DNA of 64,000 bases from Octopus vulgaris (taxonomy: Eukaryota). Positions within the stretch are counted from its first letter, which is position 1, and each line of letters opens with the position of its first letter. The position numbers and the translations under genes were made by a program. A model generated the notes under the pieces. The model saw nothing but the letters and a program-made list of their open reading frames with translations, was not told the origin of the DNA and searched no databases. The DNA is taken from assembly GCA_951406725.2 (NCBI GenBank), contig OX597823.1:116870001-116934000 (forward strand). Direction: 5' to 3'. This document shows, in pieces, positions 11,905 through 25,695 of the stretch.

Positions 11905-12310
11905 ACTGATATGTATGTATGTGTGTGTGTGTGTGCATACACACACACACACATATATATATATATGTATACATATATATACATATATGTATATATATAT
12001 GTATATATATATATATATGTGTATATATATACACACAAACATGCATATATATATATATATACACATATACTTATATATGTATATATATATATATATATAT
12101 ACACACACATATATATACTTATTATATATAAATACATACACAGATGCGCACATGATAAGCTTACTTCAGTTTTCACAAAGCAAATCCATTCCCAAGGCTT
12201 TGGCCAACCCAGAACTCTAGTAGAAGACCTTTGCCCAAGGTGCCATGCAGTGGGACTGAACCCAGAAACCATGTGGTTGGGAAGCAAACTTCTTACCACC
12301 CAGCCACGCC
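11905..12310 (-). mobile_element. Family A SINE 5' half (12140-12310) with expanded TA microsatellite
   Basis: cttgcccaaggtgccatgcagtgggactgaacccagaaaccatgtgg is the reverse complement of the family A head. Confidence 0.8.
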
Positions 12311-12597
12311 TCTCACATAAATTAAACGGTGCACTACGCATCAAATGATGTATTATATATATGAAACAGTGCATTGCATGTCAAATGGTGCACCACATTA
12401 AAAAATGGTGCATCGCTCATAAATCGTGTACTACAGATATCAGATTGCGCGTCGCATAACAAATGGCACATTCCTTATGAAATGACCCACAACAGCTCAG
12501 TGTAGTGGGTCATTTAAGGGGTGGCTGTTCTTGTCACAGACACAAGACTCAGGCTGCTGCAACCTTTCGGCTTATTATACGCCTGACCAAATGTGAT

Positions 12598-12598
<1 letters not shown>

Positions 12599-12646
<48 letters not shown>

Positions 12647-13250
12647 AGGGAGAATGATTTTGACAGACAGCAGTGTGCACCTTCGGGAGAGAGGGGATGA
12701 TAAAGAAGTAGAACTCTGTGTGTGTGTGTGTGTGTGTGTAATGACAACAATTATCGTAGCCACCATCGTCGTAGGAGAAGAAGGAGAAATAGAAGACAAG
12801 GGTGATTCTTCACTCTTCAGTCAATGCTGTATTGTTTAGACATGATCTATCGTTGCATGTCATTGTTTCACTTTGTCCCATCATTATCACAACTTCTAAC
12901 ACCACCACCAGTACTACAACCGTTCCCTCTGTCAGAAAAACTACCACCACCACCACCACCACCGCTACCACCATCATCACCACTACTGCCAATACCAACT
13001 CCAGCACCAGTACAACAACCACAACCATCACAACAACCACCATCATCACCACAACTACAACTACCATTACAACAACAACACCTCCACCACCACCTAGAAC
13101 AACCATCGTTACAGCCATTACTACAACCACCACCAACACCAACACCATTTTTCACCATAATTCATCAAGCAAGTAATTAAGACACAAAATGCCAGTGCAG
13201 TTAATAAAGATATTTCCACCACCACCACCACCGCCACCACCAAAAGAGTC
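12599..13250. repeat. (GA)n, (TG)n and (ACC/ACA)n low-complexity block
   Basis: Simple repeats; the T/V/P/G-rich ORFs are artefacts. Confidence 0.9.
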
Positions 13251-13711
13251 TCTGACACTTTAAGAATAGTACCATCTAAGAACTAATTATATGCAATGTC
13301 TATAATTTCTAAAATCTTAAAATAAATGGCATCTTAGTAAACCAATATTTTATTTAGTAAGATGTTTTTTTTATTCTTGAAATTCTTTAACAACCTCACC
13401 ACGATGACCACCACCACCACCAACAACAACAATACACTGCCATTATCACCCCTGCTACTCTTACAAGAAACACCACTATAATCATCATCATGATCATCAT
13501 CATCATCAACATTCTCATCATCAGTGTCACTGTTGCCAATATAATATCGTCATATTTCAGCCGTCTGCAGGGAATATAAGGGAACAAAAAAAACCTCCTA
13601 AAATCCTACTTGGAAACTTTGGAAATCAATGTGAAGAGTGTATAGAGGATTCCCCAGAACTTTGGTTTGTACATTGACACCAAATATTCTGGATTCCTTA
13701 CTACTCCTACT

Positions 13712-14210
13712 ATTTATTTCTTTATTGCCAACAGGGGGCTAAACATAGAAGGGACAAAGGGATTAAGTCGATTATATCGACCCCAGTGCATAACTGGTAC
13801 TTATTTAATCAACCCCGAAAGGATGAAAGGCAAAGTCGACCTCGGCAGAATTTGAACTCAGAATGTAATTGCAGATGAAATACCACTAGGCATTTCGCCT
13901 GGCGTGCTAACATTTCTGCCAGCTCACCACCTGCAACTACTACCACCATCACCACCACCACCACCACAATCACTTCTACAGGTGATGATGATGATGATTG
14001 TTTTCTAATATAGACACCAGGCCTGAAATCCTGGGGGAGTGGCGGGGTGCTATATCAACCTCAGTACTCAACTGGTACTTATTCCATTGACCCCGAAAGA
14101 ATGATAGGCAAAGTCAACCTCAACGGAATTTGAACTCAGCACAAAAAGACAGATGAAATCTACTAAGCATTTCCTCCGGCATGCTAATGATTCTGCCAGC
14201 TCACCAACTT
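13712..14210 (-). mobile_element. Two family B SINEs (13712-13932, 14000-14210)
   Basis: Reverse-complement Meta-like cores and heads. Confidence 0.85.
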
Positions 14211-14392
14211 AGTAGTAGTAGTAGTAGTAGCAGCAGCAGTAGCAGTAGCAGCAGCAGTAGTGGTGTTGGTTGTAGTAGTAGTAGTAGTAATGCAGCTGTC
14301 GTGGTTACTTTATTAAACCCAGATACTTCTTTTTAATAAATTTGTGGTCTTGTGTTGAAGATAGAAATTAGGATTATTATTAGAAATTATTC

Positions 14393-15071
14393 TAAGGCAG
14401 GGAGCTGGCAGAATTGTTAGCATGCTGGGTGAAATGCTTAGCAGTATTTAGCCTGCCACTGTGTTCTGAGTTCAAATTCCACCGAGGTTGACTTTGCCTT
14501 TCAGCCTTTTGGGATTGAGGAATTAAGTACCAGTGAAACACTGGGGGTCAATGTAATCGACTAGTCCTCTCCCCAAAATTTCAGGCTTTGTCCCGTTAAT
14601 AGAAAGGATTATTAGAAATCATTATTATTATCATTATTATTATTATTATTATCATTATTATTATTATTATTATTATTTAACTTGACCTACCTTTTGGTCT
14701 CATTCCTTGTAGAGTTTATAAGGTGGCAAGCTGGCAGAAGTGTTAGCACACCGGGTCAAATACTTTGCAGTAGTTCGTTTGTTGCAGCGTTCTGAGTTCA
14801 AATTCTGCCAAGGTCAACTTTCCCTTTCATCCTTTTGTGATTGATAAATTACTTACCAGTTGCATACTGGGATCGATCTAATCGACTGCCCCACCCCCCA
14901 AAAAAAAAATTTCAGGCTTGTACCTAGAGTAGAAATGATTCCTTGTAGAGTTTATGCTTTCAGTACAAAACTTTCACATCTTGGTCATACCTCCACTTCT
15001 TATATTCTCTCTGAACCAACTTGGGACATTCTGCAATGATGTGAGTCACTGGTTCATCCCAATTATCATCA

Positions 15072-15115
<44 letters not shown>

Positions 15116-15330
15116 TTCATTAACAAAGTGAGCTGCAGAATTATTAGCACACCAAACAAAATGCTTAGCGGCATTTCAACCATCTTTACATTCTGAGTTC
15201 AGATTCCAGTAAGCTCAACTTTACCTTTCAGGGTTGATGAATTAAGGACTAGTTGAGCACTAGGAGCAATGTAATCAATTACCCCTCTCCCCACCAAAAT
15301 TTCAGGCCATGTTCCTATAGTAGAAAGGAT
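14393..15330 (+). mobile_element. Three family B SINEs (14393-14612, 14721-14940, 15127-15330)
   Basis: gagctggcagaa..gttagca heads, ctgagttcaaattc B box, Meta-like core, (ATT)n tails. Confidence 0.85.
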
Positions 15331-15439
15331 TATTATTAGTATTTATTAGTAATTATTAGTAATTCCTGGGTGGCAGCACTTTCTTCTCACTTTCAAATTC
15401 CCTTTCAAGGGAAAATTGAAAAAGTTGGTGAGAACTTGA

Positions 15440-15920
15440 CCAGGGAGAAATCTACCTGCCTTCAGTTCTTTCGTTCTCATCCACCACACACTTCCTTTCA
15501 CCAAGGCCATCAGACAGATGAAAACAGCCTACTCTTTCTGGCCAAGAGAAGACAGGTATATGATCTTTGCGATGAACTTAACAAACAACCAGATCCATAT
15601 TACATGTGATAACAGCTGTTCAACATAACTTTCCATGTCAACAATGCTTGGTCACTAAACAAGAGCATACCCAATGGTTTTGTTGCCCTGCATGTTTCCA
15701 AAACAAACCAAGCTGCCAGCACTTCCATTTCAAAAGAATTTATTTCAAATTATCAATGCCTCTTGGTAATGCTACCAGGTCAGAGATTTCTTGAAATAAT
15801 CCATGGACCCCGGCCAGAAAGTCCTCCAGCTTATACTAGCCAAAAGATTTTCATGAACACTAAGAATTTCTCCAAGAACATCATCACTTTTGCCCACTAC
15901 AAAACCTTTGTAGAATGCCA
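15440..15920 (+). pseudogene. Highly decayed LINE RT fragment (RTE-like)
   Basis: TKAIRQMKT and GQKVLQLILA resemble the KAIxxMKxGKA and GKILARILL motifs, with many disruptions. Confidence 0.4.
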
Positions 15921-15949
15921 ACAACAATAATGATAATAATAAGGGTTTC

Positions 15950-17070
15950 TAGTTTAGGTACAAAACCAGCAATTTTGAGGAAAGAGGATTTGTTGATACT
16001 ACCAGTCCCAGTATTTGGCAGGTACTTTATTTTATCAATCCTAAAAGCATAAAAGCAAGGCTGGCCCCAGGAAGATTCTCAGTCAGAACATAAATGAGTC
16101 AGCACAATTGCTGCAACACAATTTTACTGCAATCTAACAACTCTGTCAGCCAATAATAATAATAATAATAATAACACTATTATTATTTTTATTATCATAT
16201 TATAATTATTATTATTATTATTGAGTGATAGAGCAGTGTATGCCATCAAAGTGACACTGGGGTAAAATATCATTATTACTATTATTATTATCATCATCAT
16301 CATCATCATCATCATTATCATCATCATTATTGTTATTGTTGTTATTATTATTATTATTATCATCATCATCATCATTGCTGATGTTGGTCAAATAAGTCAG
16401 ACAGCTGCATTAACATGCACGTGTCTGTGCATTCTAAAAGTACTTTGGTTTGGAATTATATTGCACATTTACGCACAGACTGCATTTGAGTGGTGTACAT
16501 GCGTGTGTATATGTGTGTGGATGAGTGTGTCTGTAAGTATGTTGTGAGAGGATAAGGTGAGTGTAGCTACTGTGTAGAATATATTGTGAACATTATACTG
16601 TAGCTGGTAGAATTGGTAGAGATTCAGTATTCTTATGCTCTGAGTTCAAATCCTATTGAAATCAATCTTGCCTTTTATCTCTCCAAGGATCGATAAAAAC
16701 AAAGTACTGCAATTGATGTAATCAACTAATCTCATCATCATCATCATCGTTTAACATCCGTTTTCCTTGCTAGCATGGGTTGGACATCCTCCCTTTAAAA
16801 ACTGCTGGCCTTTTGCCTGAATCAGAAATTAGTATTACTAAATGGAAGTGAAGTGGGAACATCATTAGAAAGACAGATAAAATGCTTTGCTGGCCTTGTG
16901 GCTAACTTAGAAACAATTATGAAAGGTAGCAAGCTGGCAGAATCATCAGAACATTGGACCAAATGCTACACAACGTTTGTTCCAGTTCTTCACATTTTAA
17001 AATCAAATCCTGCTGCAGTCATCTTTGTCTTTTAGTTTTTGCAATGAATTAAAGAAAGTTCCAGTCAAGA
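15950..17070. mobile_element. Decayed family B SINEs (15950-16135 -, 16590-16730 +, 16925-17070 +) among (AAT)/(ATC)n
   Basis: Partial Meta-like cores and heads. Confidence 0.6.
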
Positions 17071-18799
17071 GTTCCGGGTTTGAAGGAATTGACAAACCTC
17101 GATTTTCTGCTCGTATTTGTTGTCCTTGTCCCCAAAACATGATATTTTTGTTATTTCTTTTTTGCCCTTTATTATGATTTAGTTAAATAGGTAAGATTGA
17201 TGTTTTTCAAAGACTTCAACATTAACGAGAGGAATTCATTTCCAAATTAGAAATGACTTAGCAGCCAAATTGCTAGCAACAGAGTGGGCTCTGTTGCAAT
17301 GGATTAAGTGTACCACACAAGCAGAATGGTCCCACCAGAAGGCTTCCACAATTTCTCTACTTTTCAAATTTCGCTCACAAATCTTTGGTTAAAATGAGGC
17401 TGTGGCACTTTAGCTATGGCACACTGTTCATGGTCATATGATTATTTTTCCCTTTGTCTAATTGATCAGGAAAGAGAGATTGTGTCCCTTGCTTTTAGTG
17501 ATTCACTGAGACTAGTGATAATAATGTGATTAACGTTCATCTTGAACAGTGATTGATGTGATTAATGGTTATCTTGAACAGTGAGAAGTCAATGTTTGCA
17601 AGAATATGAAGGAATGAAATTCATGGGAGTTCACATTCTGAGGAGTAATGGGGTTGGAAATGGTGGTTGATGCAGGATCTGGAGAGATACAATATGGTTG
17701 ATGAGGAAAGATAAGTGAACTGCAAATAGCTGAGTGAAGAGGATAAAAGTTTGACTGAGGAGCAGATGCCACTGACATAGTGGAAAGAAATACAGAGGGG
17801 ACACTGCAGATTTGTGAGCCAGACACTGGTGTCTGTCACTTCATACCAGTTGGTTAAACGACCTTTCTTTGGATGTAATAAGAGCTGTGCATGCATGAGT
17901 GCATGAGTGCATGTGTGCATGCATGCATGCATGAGTGCATATGTGTAGCAGCAACACTGTCTCTGATAGGTGGGCAGCAGTAATCCATTACGAGTCTCAA
18001 GTGAACCTTGGAGAAGGTTGATAGTTATTGAAGATTGAAGAATTTTCTGGTCTGGCAGCTGAAGACTAGTCTTTCAGGCATTGAGTATATGTGTTCCACA
18101 CAAGAAATTCTCAGTGATATTAAAGTCTAGCTTTTGTAATGATCTCGAGGGTTCTAGCTGTGTACTGTTCATGTTTGGGTGGTGGGTGAGTCACACGATT
18201 GGAACAACTCCTACAGGAGGCTGTTATTTATGTCCTTTTGAGGAAGTGAGTGCAGATTAGGCATGCGGTATTCAGGGGTCATGTTAATGATGCTTTGATA
18301 CGAAAGGTTAGAGAGGAATGAAGGTGATATCATCAGTCGAGGTGTGGACTTTGTGAGATATCCCAAAACTTGGGACACGTAATTGTTGATAGAGTGTGGG
18401 TCATAAAAACATCATTAATAAATGCCACAAAAGAATATTCTGACACCAGTTAACCGAAAGATGGATGGTGCTCATAAGCAGGTAAATTTGTCTGGAAATT
18501 TATGTACCAAGTACAATCAAATGCTTTGACTGCAACAGTAAGGTTTCTACAAAATTTCTTGAGGGTGAGATCTCAGATATTATACAGCAGATTTCGATAT
18601 CTCCATGCCCTTTTCTCTATATACAACCAAAGAAATATCCATTTGTCAGTAAATTATTTAACAGAACCCTAGTTTTAGATATTCTCCTACTTTTGTCATA
18701 ATTCATTCTATTAAAATTATAGGTTATAAGAACACACTTTTAGTTACTTCATTGTTATTGCTGTTCGTGTTACATCCATATATCTATGGGATCATCATC

Positions 18800-19260
18800 A
18801 TCTTTTTTTATGTCTATTTTTACATAGATAAGTCAGATGGTTCATCTCCATTTCAGTATCACTTTTGTTGCTTTGTAATCTTTTTATGAGCTTCAGCATC
18901 CTGAGAGCAACTTTGACTATATCTTCCCAATTTTCTTTGGTATCTCTCTAACAAAGTTTCCTTCCATTTGGATCTCTTGATGCTTCTTTACCCATCTGTC
19001 ATCATCCATACATATTACTTGTCTTTACAGACAGTCTTCATTCTTGTACTCTACAAGCGACTTTTGCTTAAACTTAGTGACTCATTCAGTTCATCTGTAC
19101 TTCTTCATTTAAACAAACATAACACATGCAATAGATCATGTTTACATTATTTCTTTCCAACCTAAGCTAATCTTCTACATTCAGAGCTCACATCTCACTG
19201 CTATGCAGCACAGCAGTTCATACACAAGCATTCAAGGGCTGGTCCCTTTATTGGGTATAC
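18800..19260 (-). mobile_element. Decayed RTE LINE 3' fragment
   Basis: The reverse complement aligns by eye with the C-terminal region of the RTE at 46580-46950 (ACV.TAMLHGSE, RMD..RWVK). Confidence 0.65.
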
Positions 19261-19370
19261 GAAGGTAGTTCCTTTTCCACCCACACATTTTCCACATTCA
19301 TCAGCCCCTCATAACAACATTCCTAGGCCTTTTTCCTTCTCACGAGCAGTGAGATATTATTTTGTACATT

Positions 19371-19767
19371 GGTGCAGGAGTGGCTGTGTGGTGAGTATCT
19401 TGCTTACCAACCACATGGTTCCGGGTTCATTCGTTGGGCGAGTGTCTTCTACTATAGCCTTGGGCCGACCAAAGCATAGTGAGTGGATTTGGTTGATGGA
19501 AACTGAAAGAAGCCCGTCGTATATATATATATATATGTGTATGAGTGTGTGTATGTTTGTGTGTCTATGTTTGTCCCCCCAACATCACTTGACAACCAAT
19601 GCTGGTGTGTTTACATCCCCATAACTTAGCAGTCCGGCAAAAGAGACCGATAGAATAAGTACTGGGCTTACAAAGAATAAGTCCTGTGGTCAATTTGCTC
19701 GACTAAAGGCTGTGCTCCAGCATGGCCACAGTCAAATGACTGAAACAAGTGAAAGAGTAAAAGAGTA
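19371..19767 (+). mobile_element. tRNA-SINE family A, full length
   Basis: Same head, core and tail as 10364-10740. Confidence 0.9.
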
Positions 19768-20541
19768 TGCTTTTCCTTCTAAATACCTTGATTTATCTTG
19801 ATATGGCTTTGAAAACCAGAATACCTGAAATCTCTTGTGGCAAACCTCCTGCTCTCTGCTTCTCTCCATATTTTGTTAAGCTTGTCACCTGGATTCTATG
19901 AATAAGGATTATCTGTAGCTTTGGTAATCCAGTAATAGTGTTTGTTGTTGTTGTTAGTTTCATTTTCCTCCATCTTTATGTCTTTGTTTTCTCCAGAAAT
20001 CATCGCAACTACCACCACTGCTACTACCACTACCACCACAAGTATTATTACTAATATTATTATTACTATCATCATTATCATTATTATTATTATTATTAGT
20101 AGTAGTAGTATTATTGTTGTTGTTGTTAAGTGGCTTATATTTCCTTTGAAATTCACTGAACCTCTTGCCATTGTCTATATATGCTTGACCAAATTCCTTG
20201 GCATTGATCAGTCTGTATGTGTGTGTATGAGTGTGTGTGTGTGTGTGGGTGCGTGTTTCCTATCTGCCAACAACACTTCCCTTTGGAACTATTCTCTTCT
20301 AATAATTAGAACTTCTAAGATTAAACAGACAAAACTAATTATTTTTTACATTATTATTTTTCTCCAACAGACATGTCCGCAATTCTTTAAACAAAACATT
20401 TTTTTATTATTTTATTATTTTGTTTTATTTGTTATATTTTGTGTCTGTTGTGATATCTTTTATCTATTGTATTTGTTTGTTATGTCTGTTCTCAAGCTCC
20501 ATCCCCCACAACTGTCTCTCTTGCTCTATCCCTCTCACCAA

Positions 20542-20589
<48 letters not shown>

Positions 20590-21096
20590 CTGTGTATATA
20601 TATATATATATATATATTTTTCCTTACACCTCTGTCTTTTTGTTTATTCAACTATTCACCCCATCTCTCTCTCTCTCTCTCTCTCTCTAACCTATTTCCC
20701 CTTCCTCTCTATTTCTATCTGTCTATTGCTTCTCTCTACATTATATCATAATATCAGTAAATTCATTGCTGTTCACCCGCGCAAGCACAAACAATATCAT
20801 ATACACACTCAACGTCCTTCTGTGAAATAAACACACACGCACCCATTCACAGGGCAACAGTAAGTAGCTCCCATGATCTATACCATTGCTCCTTAATCTG
20901 AGATATTTCTCTCTCATCAATTAAATCTATCAACCTTTCTTACTTATCCAATATAAGCATTTCGCCCATCACGTTAACGTTTCTGCCAACTCACCACCTC
21001 TATTTCAAGATTTCTTGCCAATAAAGAGCCAGTTTCTAACCTAGATCCAAGGCTTCTTCATTGGAATTTCAACAACATCAACAGGGTATGTATGTA

Positions 21097-21131
<35 letters not shown>

Positions 21132-21656
21132 ATTTGTATGTTTTGTTTTATGTATGTATTCTCATATCTATAGGTGCATGTCTAGACATACTTGTATATA
21201 CTTAAATGCTAAACTTCTGGTGAGTTTTACAGATTTTTACAGTTCCAGTGATGACTTGGATTTGTAGTCTTTGAATCAGCTTTCTCCTTTCTGGTTTTGA
21301 GAAACCTAATTTCTCAAGATTAGTATTTAGACGGTATGTTACATATCTCAGTGCCCTGTGTGTGTGTATGTGTGTATCTGTGTGTGTGTGAGGTGGGAGC
21401 TTGTATCCACCCTTATGTAGCCATCATGTAATGGTAGTAAACAAGCATCATTGTCATACAAGCGAGGTTGTTTATTTCCAGTTCTCTTCAACACCACAGA
21501 TCCACACAGGGAAGAGACATCTGTGGATAACATTGACATAAAACCCAAGAAATGGCAAGAAGGGCAACTTTTTTTTGAAATAAACAAGTATTTGCATCAA
21601 TGGCAGTCCCCAAGCAGAGCTACATTCTATGGCTGAAACTGATAAGAGAATAAAAG

Positions 21657-21696
<40 letters not shown>

Positions 21697-21727
21697 CACA
21701 CACATATATATATATTTATATATATAT

Positions 21728-21781
<54 letters not shown>

Positions 21782-21812
21782 CTTGAGTTATGATTAAAAC
21801 ATGTATGTATAT

Positions 21813-22390
21813 TCTTTTAGTCTTTTACTTGTTTCAGTCATTTGACTGCGGCCATGCTGGAGCACCACCTTTAGTCGAACAAATCAACTCCAGGACTTAT
21901 TCTTTGTAAGCCTAGTACTTATTCTATCAGTCTCTTGTTCTGAACCACTAAGTTATAGGGATGTAAACACACCAACATTTTTTGTCAAGCGATGGTGGTG
22001 TGGGGACAAACACTGATTCACAAATATACACACACACACATACATACATACACACATGCACACATATAAAATATAAAATGGGACAAGAACGCAAAACATC
22101 CAGACAACTAGGTTATACAAAAAGGGACAACAAAATATCAAGATAGACGATACAAAGAAAACAAGGATATGTCATTCGAAGTTTTCTATCTTCAGCCAAG
22201 AACCAGACTATCCTTGCAATTTCAGCTGAACACGACAGGTTTCTTTCAGTTTCCATCTACCAAATCCACTTGCACGGCTTTGGTTAGCCTGAGGCTGTAG
22301 TAGAAGACACTTGCCCAAGGTACCCTGCCATGGGACTGAAACCGGGACCATGTGGTTGGGAAGCAAGGTTCTTGCCATGCCTGCGCCTAT
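21813..22390 (-). mobile_element. Family A SINE carrying an ~170-bp foreign insert (22060-22230) in its microsatellite
   Basis: Reverse-complement tail at 21813-22030 and head/core at 22230-22390. Confidence 0.8.
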
Positions 22391-22832
22391 ATATGGATGT
22401 TGCAGTGTTATTGTGTGTACCAGTTTGTTTTCATGTTGAAGTAGCAGTGCTTGGACATTTTGCTTTGTTTTTTGTAACCATTTAATCAAATAAAGAAAGT
22501 TTACTCCCATAACTGTAGTAGTGGTGGGGAGAGTGGCCCTTAATCCTGATCTTAATGTTACCAATGGACCAAGTGATAATGTTAAATCAGGCAACAAATG
22601 AAGTCCACCAAGCATCAACAGGAATGGTCCCTTGAGGATAAGCTCTCAAGAACAAGGCTTTGGCCCACCTGAGGTTCTGGCAGAAGACATTTACCCCCAA
22701 GGGGTACACTTTAGGACCGAGCTTGAAACCATATGCTTATGAAACAAACTACTTAGCCTCACAGCCACAAGTATTTTCATTTGCCTGTGTGTTTGATTGT
22801 GATTGTCTGTGTATATGATTGTATAGATATCG

Positions 22833-22875
<43 letters not shown>

Positions 22876-23097
22876 GTGTATAGGTTCATAGCCATGAGTT
22901 GACATTTATGTGTGTATCTCTGTTTCTTGATGGATGTGTGTTTGTATTTTAGAATAGTTTGTAACAAAGTGTCCCTATATATAATGTGTGTAAGTGTGTG
23001 TGTGAGTGTATGTGTGTATATGCATGTAAATTTGTCAGTAAGTATTGTTATTTTCACTCTCTTCCCTCTCTCTTATCTCTCCCCCACTCTCTCTTTC

Positions 23098-23142
<45 letters not shown>

Positions 23143-23929
23143 TCCTTTGTTAATATATCTTTAATGAACCAGAAATGAAATTTTCTATGAATTCCAAACC
23201 TCAATGCCTCAAAGATATAAAATAAATAGTCCATTCCCCCGTCACGAACACCCCAGTTCTCTCCACAAAGGAAAAGAATGTCAATTAACATTGTAATCAT
23301 CTTTAATATTAATTAATTATTTAAAGAATAGACACATTTTGCGATATATTGTGAACCAACTTTTAAAAAGAACTGCAACATCAATATAGTCCACCTTTGT
23401 CTTACAAACTTTGGCTAAAAACGCCAGACAAAACACTGCAATGCCATGTCTTTTAGTTACAGCTCAACCTAGCACCATTTAATAATACCATTATATTTTT
23501 TGTTTTGTTTTTCTTCTGTTGCTATGGTTACTGATGTCCTGTCATTTATTTTTCCTATTTTGCACATTTGATTGAGTGGAACAATAGAAAGTTCCTAAAG
23601 GTTAATGGTAATAATAAAAGTTCCTTACAATGGCACATGGCTACAAATGTTTGAGTGGTTGAGGGTTGCTGATTTAATCAACTGCATTACTTGGCCGATA
23701 TTTATTTTTGGTGACCCAGAAGGGGTGAAAAGAAAAGTTGTCCCTGAGGAAAATGTGAACACATCAAAACTCAGGATCACCCACCTCCATCCCCATCTAA
23801 AGGGAATGGTAATAATTAAAATCAATATTTTCAGCCACCTTATGAACAAACTGTCCCTTTATGATAATGCTGGTTGGATGGGTTCGCCATACAGTATGTC
23901 ATTACCAATTTTGGTATTTTGTAATCATA

Positions 23930-24300
23930 GGCACAGGTTTGGTTGTGTGGTAGAAAGTTTGCTTCCTACCCACATGGCTCTGAGTTCAGTCCCATTGCAT
24001 AGGAATTTGGGCAAGTGTCTTCTGCAATTGCTTTTAACTGATCAAAACCTTGTGAGTGGATTTCATAGATGGAAACTGGAAGAATCCCATCATATATGTG
24101 AGTGTGTTTGTCCCACATCACCACTTGACAATGGGTGTTTATTTGCTTACATACCCACAACCTAGCAGTTCAGCAAAAGGGCCTGATAGAATAAGTAGCA
24201 GGCTGAAAAAACTAAATACTAGCATTGGTTTGTTCACCTAAACCCTTCAAGATAGTGCCCCAGCATGGCCGCACACAATCTAATGACTGAAACAAGTAAA
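23930..24300 (+). mobile_element. tRNA-SINE family A
   Basis: Head ggttgtgtggtag..gagttcagtccc, core, and tail ccccagcatggcc..gactgaaacaagtaaa. Confidence 0.85.
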
Positions 24301-24379
24301 AATATTTGCAAAGTACATCATCCTAAAAATCTGGTTGCAGGTTAGGGCGATCTCTTTCTCATGTTGTCTTAGATCTTCC

Positions 24380-24610
24380 CTCACTATGAGTGATGGAAGT
24401 CATGCTGGCTCATAAGGGCCAATTTCCCAGTTTCATGGCATATAAATTCCCCACCTGGATAGGACGCCAGGCCATCACAGGATTACTCATTTCTGCCAGC
24501 AATGTGAAATTAAGTGCTTTGCTCAAGAATATGTGTTGCCCAACCCAGAAATCGAATCCACAATCTTACAGTCATGTGTCTCACGCCCTAAACCACTAAG
24601 CCACAGGCTT
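24380..24610 (-). mobile_element. tRNA-SINE family D-like
   Basis: Reverse complement of ggcttagtggtttagggcg..gattcgatttctggg..ttcttgagcaaagcactt. Confidence 0.65.
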
Positions 24611-25229
24611 CCACCTTATTCATTTGTAGGTCATAGTATATTTTCCATCATCCACTCTATAATGTGTGTCCCCTTCAGTGTACTCCTCTCTATCACAGAC
24701 ATCATATAACATATATGTTTGTCTGTTTTTTTTTACCGGCTCACTTGTGCTCCCTTTTCATCATCAAGTGGAAATGAATCTCATAGAGAGGACTCTCCAA
24801 TTCTGGCACTTTGAACCCTACACAACAGTTCATCACATCCATTGCTTCATCAGTTGAAATTAGCTTCTCAAAACGCTCAGTTCCATGTGCAGTAATCATG
24901 ACAAACCATCGATGTAGGCCTCAAAGCCTGCTGTCTCAAGTCCACTTCTGTTCGAGATGGTTTACTAGGCTTTTGCCCCCCACTTTCCTATCAGCTATTC
25001 CAACATAATCTTTACATGTGCTGAAGATCCTCTTCCATTAACACTAGTGAACAGAATGACCCCTAAAGGATCTCTAGATATATAAAGAAATCCAACCATC
25101 AAGTTCCTGTCAGAGTGTTGACAGCCAATAACTGTAAACTCATAGTTGTGCAGAATTAAGCAAGAGATCACATTTCAGAAATCCTGCTCATTAATGACTA
25201 TTGAATCAAAATTTAATTAAACCAAATTT

Positions 25230-25695
25230 GATGACTGGCACCTGTGCCAGTGGAGCACTGACAGATCCATCCGAGCGGGATCACTGCCATAGCAGCTATC
25301 TGGCTTCCATGGCGGTGGGCATGTAAAAAGCACCATCTGAGCATGATCGTTACCGACGTCGCCTTACTGGCACTTGTGCTGGTGGCACATGAACAAAACA
25401 TTCAAGTGAGGTCATTACCAGTGCCGCTGGACTGACTCCTGTGCGGGTGGCACATAAAAAAACACCATTTTCGAGCATGACCATTGCCAGTACTGCCTGA
25501 CTGGCCCTCGTGCAGGTGGCACATAAAAGCACCCACTACACTCTCGGAGTGGTTGGCATTAAGAAGGGCATCCAGTTGTAGAAACTTTGCCAGATCAGAT
25601 TGGAGTCTGGCGCAGCCATCTGGTTCGCCAGCCCTCAGTCAAACCATCCAACCCATGCTAGCATGGAAAGCAGACGTTAAATGATGATGATGATG
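25230..25695 (+). mobile_element. RTE-3'-tail repeat (~60-bp internal tandem units plus gttggcattaagaagggcatccag..(gat)n)
   Basis: Same sequence as the 3' UTR of the RTE LINE at 47190-47600. Confidence 0.85.

Noticed and set aside
18060-18700. Possible very old Penelope RT remnant on the minus strand (also 2200-2900 and 53600-53800)
   Set aside because: Only faint motif echoes; cannot be supported without a profile search.
22150-22230. CUGAAGA...CGAAU motif in the insert within a SINE
   Set aside because: No GAAA, no coherent stem II/III and no NUH triplet.
23605-24165. 186-aa plus-strand ORF
   Set aside because: The last ~80 aa are SINE sequence; the unique part has no recognisable motif or clear splice structure, and its length is within chance.
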